Assembly: GCA_024233215.1 (NCBI GenBank)
Contig: JACKPW010000009.1
Coordinates: forward strand, 53,067 to 117,066
Length of the DNA: 64,000 nt
Source: Verrucomicrobiales bacterium
Lineage (GTDB): Bacteria; Verrucomicrobiota; Verrucomicrobiia; Limisphaerales; J093
Direction: 5' to 3'
Part shown: positions 36,375 through 43,324 of the stretch, piece after piece
How positions within the stretch are numbered: the stretch's first letter is position 1
Layout of the letters: each line of letters starts with the position of its first letter
Made by a program: the position numbers and the translations under genes
Notes under the pieces: generated by a model
Told to the model about the DNA's origin: nothing
What the model saw: only the letters and a program-made list of their open reading frames with translations
Databases searched by the model: none

Positions 36375-37367
36375 ATGGATTGCATGAGAATGTCAGATCA
36401 ATGTCAGGTGTATAAGGCGACGGCATCCCGGAAGGAACCAACCGGGAGGGCAGGCCGGCGGGCCGGGCCCGGGGGGGGGGAGGAAGAGGCGTGGAAGCGG
36501 AGCGGCAACGCTGCGGCTCGGGCGAGGGAGACGGTGCTCCCGAGTGGGGACGGCCTGGATCTGGGACGCCGTCTGATCCAAGGGGTCGATTACCACCTTC
36601 GGCAGACCCGCGACGGGGGAGACCTGTTCCTTACCCGGTTCGGTCTGCCGTTTGCGGGTCAACTGCACCCGGAGAACTGGCTGGACAGTCCCTGGTTCGA
36701 GACGCATCGGCGTCGCCTGCGTGGCACCAGTGCGATTTACCGGACGCAAACCAAGCCGGTGGAGGGGCGGGCCCTTGACCTGGTGGTGCGGTTCAGCCGG
36801 GTGGGTGAGGATGTGCCGGTGGACACGGTCACGCGGGGCCAACAGCCGGATGCCGAGTTCAACAGTCCCTTTGAGGAAGTGGCGGCCCTGATGGCCCTTC
36901 GCGCCGCCCGGTTTGGCCCCGGGCGGCGGCGCATTCCCACCAAGCGCCCGCTGGCGATCTACGCCCCGCCAACACGGATGCAGCTCTGGCAAACCGGGCG
37001 CAGCGAAAGTCGGATGGCGGCGAAACAGGCGCGACTGCCGGAGATCGCGCTCGACATACGGCGGACGTACGTCCTGGTCTACGCTTGGATCAGGGGCATG
37101 GACGCGGAGGATGCGGTCGAGCACATCGCCCTTCCCCGGGAAGGTCATGAGAAGTTCCATGGCGAGATCGTGGCGGAGGTCGAGGCGGATCTCGCCCAGG
37201 CCGGCTTCCGGATGCTCGATCTCAAGCCAGCCCACATCCTGGTGCGTTTCAATCCCGACGGCGGGTTGGTGCGGCATCGGGACGGACGCCTGGTCTACGC
37301 CCTGATTGATTACGAATTGCTGGAGCGAACGAAGGGCGGCGGCCCGGGACTGGTGGTCGCGACCTGA
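36375..37367 (+). CDS. Atypical protein-kinase-fold protein (Kdo/RIO/Bud32-like; possibly a pseudokinase)
   Basis: Catalytic-loop-like MLDLKPAHILV and DFG-equivalent ALIDYELLE. Candidate alpha-C FNSPFEEVAALMALR. Start uncertain (ATG 36375, 36384 or 36390); the ORF-track start 36162 is rejected. Confidence 0.6.
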   Translation: MDCMRMSDQCQVYKATASRKEPTGRAGRRAGPGGGEEEAWKRSGNAAARARETVLPSGDGLDLGRRLIQGVDYHLRQTRDGGDLFLTRFGLPFAGQLHPENWLDSPWFETHRRRLRGTSAIYRTQTKPVEGRALDLVVRFSRVGEDVPVDTVTRGQQPDAEFNSPFEEVAALMALRAARFGPGRRRIPTKRPLAIYAPPTRMQLWQTGRSESRMAAKQARLPEIALDIRRTYVLVYAWIRGMDAEDAVEHIALPREGHEKFHGEIVAEVEADLAQAGFRMLDLKPAHILVRFNPDGGLVRHRDGRLVYALIDYELLERTKGGGPGLVVAT

Positions 37368-37552
37368 GATCGCTACCGGTCCGCCGGCACGGTTTCGCCG
37401 GAGGAGTCAGGTGGCCCGCTCCCTGGCAGTGAAGAGCGCACCTGAAGGCCGCCTTCGGTCCGCTGCCCGCACCACGGGGGTTGCTCTCGCCGGCCGGCGG
37501 GCCGCGCTTGCGTGGGCCGGTCACCCTCGTTACGGTGCTGTTCCGGACGCTT

Positions 37553-38005
37553 ATGGCATCACTTCAGGACCAGTACGACGACGCGATGTTCGACTTCAGC
37601 ATGGGCGATTTCAGTGCCTGTGTTGAGAAGTTGGAGGCTATTCTGGTCGAGGACGCGCGGGATTTTGACGCGCAACTTTCACTGGGCATGGCGTACTGCC
37701 GTTTGGGGGACTTCGACCGCGCCATTGCCGAGGGGCACAAGGCCGAGCAGTTGAACCCGCAGGACCAGTTGGTCCACACCAACCTCTCGGTCTTCTACAT
37801 GAAAGCGGGGGACAAGGCGAAGGCGGAGCATCACGGCTTGAAGGCGCGGGTGGCCGGATGGAAGGGCGACATGTCCGCGCCGCCGGCAGCCAGTCCGGGA
37901 GGCGACGAAGCTCCTCTCCAGATGGCCGATGCGCCGAAGCCCGAGGCGGTCCGACTCACCGCCCGAAAGCAGCCCGAAGCAGGATCGGACGATCCGGAGT
38001 CGTGA
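37553..38005 (+). CDS. Small TPR-repeat protein
   Basis: LSLGMAYCRLGDFDRAIAEGHKAEQLNPQDQLVHTNLSVFYMKAGDKAKAEHH (two or three TPR units) with a low-complexity acidic tail. Confidence 0.7.
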   Translation: MASLQDQYDDAMFDFSMGDFSACVEKLEAILVEDARDFDAQLSLGMAYCRLGDFDRAIAEGHKAEQLNPQDQLVHTNLSVFYMKAGDKAKAEHHGLKARVAGWKGDMSAPPAASPGGDEAPLQMADAPKPEAVRLTARKQPEAGSDDPES

Positions 38006-38024
38006 AGCTCCACCCAAAGGTGGA

Positions 38025-38053
38025 AACCACGAAACACACGAAACACACGAAAG
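38025..38053 (+). repeat. 29-nt repeat AACCACGAAACACACGAAACACACGAAAG (internal 9-nt period CACGAAACA), copy 1
   Basis: Identical 29-mer at 46110-46138. Both copies lie just downstream of a + strand stop codon. Confidence 0.9.
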
Positions 38054-38059
38054 CCCGCG

Positions 38060-38338
38060 ATGAAATCCGCCTATGAACTGGCCATGGAGCGACTGAACCA
38101 GACCGCTCCGATCAAGAAGCTGACTGACGAGCAGAAGGCGCAGTTGGCCGAGCTCGACTCGAAGTACAACGCCAAACTTGCCGAACGCGAACTGTTGTTG
38201 AACGGGGAACTCGCCAAGGCGCGGGTGTCCGGGGATTACGAGGCCGTCGAACAACTGGAGAAGCAACTTTCCAGCGAGCGCCGTCGGATCGAGGCCGAGC
38301 GCGAGGAGAAGAAGGAAAAGGTGCGCAACGCGGGCTGA
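38060..38338 (+). CDS. Small coiled-coil hypothetical protein (92 aa)
   Basis: MKSAYELAMERLNQ...EQKAQLAELDSKYNAKLAERE...RRRIEAEREEKKEKV; charged heptad-like helices; coding-like codon usage. Confidence 0.6.
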   Translation: MKSAYELAMERLNQTAPIKKLTDEQKAQLAELDSKYNAKLAERELLLNGELAKARVSGDYEAVEQLEKQLSSERRRIEAEREEKKEKVRNAG

Positions 38339-38431
38339 AGCGCGAAGGGAGCGGCGGGGTCAGTCCTGCAGCGGTTGGCGGCGCTCCCTCCGCCAACCGT
38401 GAGGAGCGACCCCGGAGCGGCCCACCGAATC

Positions 38432-39460
38432 ATGAAGGCATTTCAACTCCTGTCCCACGGTGATCCCGGCACGTTCGCCCTTCAGGATGTGCCCGAGCTT
38501 GCACCCGGCCCCGGGGAAGCGGTGGTGAAGGTGCGCGCCTGCGGGCTCAATCATCTCGACGTCTGGTTGGAACAAGGCGCCTTGCCGATGCCCGTAACTC
38601 TGCCGCGCACTCCGGGAAGTGAGGTTGCCGGAGAAGTACTCGCAGTCGGTGACGGTGGGGAGGCGGTGCGGGTCGGGGACCGCGTGGTGATCCAGTCGAA
38701 CCTCTTCTGCGGCGAGTGCGAATTCTGCCAGGTCGGGGAGGAGTCGCAGTGTCTGAAGGGCCGCCTGCTTGGCGTGGATTGCGACGGCGGCCTGGCGGAG
38801 GTGGTGAAGGTCCCGGTCGGGGCCCTGGTGCCGTTGCCGGCGGCGCTGGATTTCGAGGCAGGTGCGGCCCTCACCCTTGCCGCGAGTACGGCCATGCACA
38901 TGCTGACGAATCGCACCCAGGTTCGGGAAGGCGATTGGGTGCTGGTCATCGGTGCGGCGAGTGGCGTGGGTTCCGCGGCGATTCAGATTGCGAAGGGCCA
39001 CGGGGCGCGCGTGCTCACGACAGGTACCACGCTGGCGAAGCGGGAGTTTGGCCTGTCCCTGGGTGCGGAGTTTGCCGTGGACCCCGCCGATCCAGCATGG
39101 CCTTCGCAGGTGCGCCGGCACACCGGCAAGCACGGCGTGGATCTCGTCGTCGAACATGTCGGGGGGCGTGTGCTGGAGCAGGTCTTTGCCTGCCTTGCGC
39201 GCAACGGCACCGTGGTCACCTGCGGCGCCACCGCCGGGCGTCATCCGGGATTCGACCTCTGGCCGTTTTTTGTCAAACAGCAGCGGTTGATCGGCAGCTA
39301 TGGGCGCAACCGGGAGGATCTGCGTCGCACGCTGGAATGGGCAGAACAGGGCCGGCTCCGACCGGTAATCGACACCGTGTTTCCGTTGGCCGAGGCGGCG
39401 GAGGCATTCGCCCGGCTGCGCCGCGGCGAGATGCGCGGGAAGCTGCTGGTGAAGCCGTGA
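38432..39460 (+). CDS. Zinc-type medium-chain alcohol dehydrogenase / quinone oxidoreductase
   Basis: TPGSEVAGEVLAVG; structural-zinc CGECEFCQVGEESQC; NAD(P) fold VIGAASGVGSAAIQIAK. Confidence 0.9.
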   Translation: MKAFQLLSHGDPGTFALQDVPELAPGPGEAVVKVRACGLNHLDVWLEQGALPMPVTLPRTPGSEVAGEVLAVGDGGEAVRVGDRVVIQSNLFCGECEFCQVGEESQCLKGRLLGVDCDGGLAEVVKVPVGALVPLPAALDFEAGAALTLAASTAMHMLTNRTQVREGDWVLVIGAASGVGSAAIQIAKGHGARVLTTGTTLAKREFGLSLGAEFAVDPADPAWPSQVRRHTGKHGVDLVVEHVGGRVLEQVFACLARNGTVVTCGATAGRHPGFDLWPFFVKQQRLIGSYGRNREDLRRTLEWAEQGRLRPVIDTVFPLAEAAEAFARLRRGEMRGKLLVKP

Positions 39461-39891
39461 GACGAGGGCGAGCGGGCACGACGGGTTGAGCCGTGGCAAC
39501 TCAGTCGAATCGGGAATGATACGGATGTCTGGTATGTGGCCTGTCAGAGCCTGGAGCTGGAAAAGGGACGGCCTTCAGGATTAGGTTAGCCTTGCGGCCG
39601 GGAGGATAGGGCTCTGCAGGAGTGCAACCTGGGCGCCCGGCCGTCCGTGGAATGCAGGCCTGTATCCCGTCCCGGCCGGAGTCCCAAATCCCCCGTAGAT
39701 ATCGCGAATCTCCGCAAATCTGCCGGACGAGGCCGTCCGCCAGCACACGCGAGGGCGCGTATGCTCCCCAGGTAGTTGCGGCTTGTGCCGGCGGCTCCCG
39801 GACCTATCCTCCCGACCAGCAACACCCGTGGACGACCACAGCCGGAAACCGGCACCGGACGACACAACACGGCACCTGAAGGAGCATACTG

Positions 39892-42873
39892 ATGGCGCGA
39901 GACGAGGCGTATCGAAAAGCGGAACAGCGGATTGAAGCTGTGCGAACAGCAGAGGCGAAGGAACTCAATCTCAACGGGATGGGACTCGACGAGTTGCCGG
40001 AGTCGTTGGGTCGGCTCAAGCAGTTGGAATGGTTGAATCTCTCTGAGAACCGCCTGGCGAAGCTGCCTGAATCGCTGGGCCAGCTTACGCAGTTACGGTG
40101 GCTAGATCTCTCCGAGAACCGCCTGACGGAACTGCCGGAGTCGCTAGGCCAACTCGCGCAACTGCAGGTGCTTCATCTGTCCTTCAACCGCCTGACGGGA
40201 CTCCCTGCCTCGTTCAGCAAATTGAAGTCCGTTCATCAGCTTTCGCTCGGGGATAATAGCTTCTCGGACATGCCATGTGAGATCTTTGACTTAGTGCGAT
40301 TGGATTCGCTCACATTGGTCCGCAACCGACTAGCCACAATTCCGAGTGCCGTAAGTGGACTGACCGTTTTGCGGATTCTATATCTCGAAAAGAACCGGTT
40401 GATAGACTTGCCACCGTCGATGGCCCAACTTCGGTCTCTGAGAGATCTCCATCTCCACGACAATCCGCTGAACCCCGAACTGGGTGCCGCCTACAAAGAG
40501 GGCCTCGACGCCGTAAAACGCTACCTGCGCGCGAAGGCGGAAGCGCAGGTGGTGCTGAACGAGGCCAAGCTGATCCTGATCGGCGAGGGCGAAGTGGGAA
40601 AGAGTTGCCTGCTCGGCGCCTTGCGCGGCGATCCGTGGGAAGAGGACCGCTCCACCACGCACGGCATTGAGATCAAGCCGGTGAAGGTGAGCGATCCCGC
40701 CACCGGCACGGAGATCACCCTGAATGCCTGGGATTTTGGCGGACAGCGAGTTTATCGGCCCACGCACCAGTTGTTTTTCAGCGCCCCGGCGGTCTATCTG
40801 GTGGTGTGGAAACCTCGCGAAGGTCCGCAACAGGGCTTTGTGAAGGAGTGGATCAAGCTGGTGAAGCACCGCGAGCCGGACGCCAGAATCCTCGTCGTCG
40901 CCACCCACGGCGGCCCCAAGGAACGCCAACCGGACATTGACCGGCAGGACATTTGGGACCTTTTCGGCAAGGAGACGGTGATTCAGTTCTTCCATGTCGA
41001 AAGCAAGCCGCCCAAGTACGATAAGAAGAAACGTCGGTGGACGGGGGAACGCAGGGGAATCAAGCAGCTTAAGGACGTCATTGCTAAGTTGGCCGCCAGC
41101 CTTCCAGAGGTTGGCCGTTCAGTCCCCAAGCGCTGGCAGGAGGTGCGGGAGGCGTTGAAGCAGACCGGCGAGGCTTACCTGCCGCTGAATCGCGTCTTTG
41201 CGATTTGCACCGAGCACAAGATGACGGAGGAGGAGGCACAGGATTTCGTCCGCATTTCGCACCGGCTGGGTCACCTCATTCATTACGGGCACGATCCGCG
41301 ATTGAAAGACATGGTCATTCTCAAACCAGACTGGCTGGCGACGGCTGTGAGCTTCGTGCTGGATGACGAGGAGACGCGCAAGAAGCACGGGTTGGTGAAG
41401 TTCGCTCGTCTGGGGAAGCTCTGGAGCGATAGATCGCGCGGCGTGGAGTTCCGTTACCCTGCCAAAGTCCATCCCATCTTCGTCGCGTTGATGGAGCGGT
41501 TTGATCTTTCTTACCGCGTTGCAGGTTCGCCGTTGGGCGGGGAATCCGACCAAACCAGCCTGATTGCTCAACTGGTCCCTGACGTGCGGCCCGAGGTGGA
41601 CATTGCTCGCGAGTGGCCAGAGCAGCCCCAAGCAGGCGACGAGCAGCAAGTGCAGATGTGCCGCATCGTGGATGAGAAAGGACATTCCTGGACGGCTGAG
41701 GGATTGTTCTACCAACTCATCGTCCGTCTGCACAAATTCTCGCTAGGGTGTGAGGACTTCAACGCGAGCGTACACTGGCAGCGAGGTCTGATTCTGGACG
41801 ATGATTACAACGGACGGGCCTTGCTGGAGCATGTTGGCAACGATGTGCGGATCACTGTTCGCGCGGCGTATCCCGGCAATCTGCTGGCAGTGTTGACCCG
41901 TGAGGTAAAGTGGCTGGTAGAGAACTTCTGGGAAGGCTTGAAGTGTCAGGTAGTGGTCCCGTGCATTGAACCCTGCGGCAAGAAGCTGCCGGGAACCGGC
42001 TTGTTTGAGGTCCAGAAACTGATCGCTTTCAAGCGGCAGGGCATGACGCAGTTTCCCTGTAATGTGTCCGGCTGTGACCAAGCACATGACATTGATCGCC
42101 TGCTGCGCAACGCACCAGCGGCACGGCGTGATCCGCGGGAGGAGCTGCTGGCCGAGTTTGCCACGGTAAGGGTGGAACTGACCAAAGCGCGAGCCCAGAT
42201 GGCAGCGTTCCGTGGAGAGGCAGTATGTCGCTTCGACAAGCTGGACACTGGCACGCAGCGGATTCTGAGCAAAGTAGACGACGCGTTCGCCGGCTTGATG
42301 GCTGCCTACACGGACGAGGCCAAGGAAGGTCCACGTCTGTTCAGCTTCAAGCCGGTTGATCCGGGTTTCTTTGACCGGCCCAAGTGGATCAACCAGAAGT
42401 TCCGCCTGACCCTATGGTGCGAGCACAGCCGGCTGCCGTTGCCGGAACTGAATGGCAAAGGCAGCAAGGCGGGCGTGTATGAGCTGAACCTGCCCCGTGA
42501 GTGGTTTGAGCAGGCCGCGCCGTTCCTGAAGGTGCTCACCGGCACCCTGAGCCTTGTGCTGCCGGTGGCCGCGTCGGCCACGAAACTCGTGATGGATGAC
42601 ACCGCCTACAAGGGCCTGGAGAAGGAGTTGGACTTGGGCCAGAAGAGCCTCGACTCGGTGCTGAAGGGCGGAGGGAAGTCAGGCGCTTGGCTGGGTCGCA
42701 GCGACGCGCCGGACCTGGAACGTGGCGAAGCGATCCGGGCACAAGGGGCGGTCCTGCGGCAGTTGCACGCGTGGCTGAAGGAGAAGGACCCGAGCTTCGG
42801 CGGGTTGGTTCGCGTGATGAACAAGCGGCAGGAGTTCCTCTGGGTGCATCCGCAGTTTGAGGCGGAGTACTAA
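39892..42873 (+). CDS. Bacterial ROCO protein: about 7.5 LRRs, Roc (Ras-of-complex) GTPase, COR domain, plus about 250-aa unassigned C-terminal module
   Basis: GGAG Shine-Dalgarno 7 nt before ATG 39892. 23-aa LRRs (LxLSxNRLxxLPESLGQLxQL) at aa 25-195. P-loop LILIGEGEVGKS (K237). G3 WDFGGQ. COR-like region to about aa 740 with CxxxC...CxxxxC. TAA stop. Visibly lower G+C than flanks. Confidence 0.9.
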   Translation: MARDEAYRKAEQRIEAVRTAEAKELNLNGMGLDELPESLGRLKQLEWLNLSENRLAKLPESLGQLTQLRWLDLSENRLTELPESLGQLAQLQVLHLSFNRLTGLPASFSKLKSVHQLSLGDNSFSDMPCEIFDLVRLDSLTLVRNRLATIPSAVSGLTVLRILYLEKNRLIDLPPSMAQLRSLRDLHLHDNPLNPELGAAYKEGLDAVKRYLRAKAEAQVVLNEAKLILIGEGEVGKSCLLGALRGDPWEEDRSTTHGIEIKPVKVSDPATGTEITLNAWDFGGQRVYRPTHQLFFSAPAVYLVVWKPREGPQQGFVKEWIKLVKHREPDARILVVATHGGPKERQPDIDRQDIWDLFGKETVIQFFHVESKPPKYDKKKRRWTGERRGIKQLKDVIAKLAASLPEVGRSVPKRWQEVREALKQTGEAYLPLNRVFAICTEHKMTEEEAQDFVRISHRLGHLIHYGHDPRLKDMVILKPDWLATAVSFVLDDEETRKKHGLVKFARLGKLWSDRSRGVEFRYPAKVHPIFVALMERFDLSYRVAGSPLGGESDQTSLIAQLVPDVRPEVDIAREWPEQPQAGDEQQVQMCRIVDEKGHSWTAEGLFYQLIVRLHKFSLGCEDFNASVHWQRGLILDDDYNGRALLEHVGNDVRITVRAAYPGNLLAVLTREVKWLVENFWEGLKCQVVVPCIEPCGKKLPGTGLFEVQKLIAFKRQGMTQFPCNVSGCDQAHDIDRLLRNAPAARRDPREELLAEFATVRVELTKARAQMAAFRGEAVCRFDKLDTGTQRILSKVDDAFAGLMAAYTDEAKEGPRLFSFKPVDPGFFDRPKWINQKFRLTLWCEHSRLPLPELNGKGSKAGVYELNLPREWFEQAAPFLKVLTGTLSLVLPVAASATKLVMDDTAYKGLEKELDLGQKSLDSVLKGGGKSGAWLGRSDAPDLERGEAIRAQGAVLRQLHAWLKEKDPSFGGLVRVMNKRQEFLWVHPQFEAEY

Positions 42874-42880
42874 GTTCCAG

Positions 42881-42909
42881 CCCCGCTGGCATCCCTCCGG
42901 GATGCGGGG
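42881..42909 (+). terminator. Stem-loop immediately after the ROCO stop (GCATCCC-TCC-GGGATGC inner stem, CCCC/GGGG outer stem); no U-tail
   Basis: Read directly, 8 nt after TAA. The terminator role is uncertain because the tail is not T-rich. Confidence 0.35.
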
Positions 42910-43324
42910 TCCATTCCGACCGGTTTCCGGTGGTATCGCTCGTCCCTCGCTCGACCACCGGCTAATGGCTTTGAACCCTCCGGGTTCGGGGAACCCCAGG
43001 CTGGTATGGCAACGGGCTTTCGGCCCTTCTCAGCGTCGAGGCCGCAGCCAATGCGACCGACCCAACGGCCTTACGCTTGACTCGACGCCCATGCCCACTG
43101 GAGCTCGGCTGGCCTGGGGTGTTGCCGGGCCACGGAGACTGCGCCCCGCCGGGGCTTACGGCTTCATGAACGTCGCATGGCCCGGCCTCGAAATGCCGCG
43201 CCATACTCTTGCTCCCTGCATGGCGTGGCACGCTCCGGCTCCGAACGGTGGTCGAACAGTCTGGTCACACGGGCGGACGTTTGCGAGCGTCTGCCGGGTG
43301 CGGGGGGCAGGACGCAGCAAAGGA

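Noticed and set aside
39892-42873. ROCO gene as eukaryotic contamination or misassembly
   Set aside because: It has a bacterial Shine-Dalgarno and one uninterrupted ORF. It is contiguous on both sides with typical bacterial genes. Bacterial Roco proteins are an established class.
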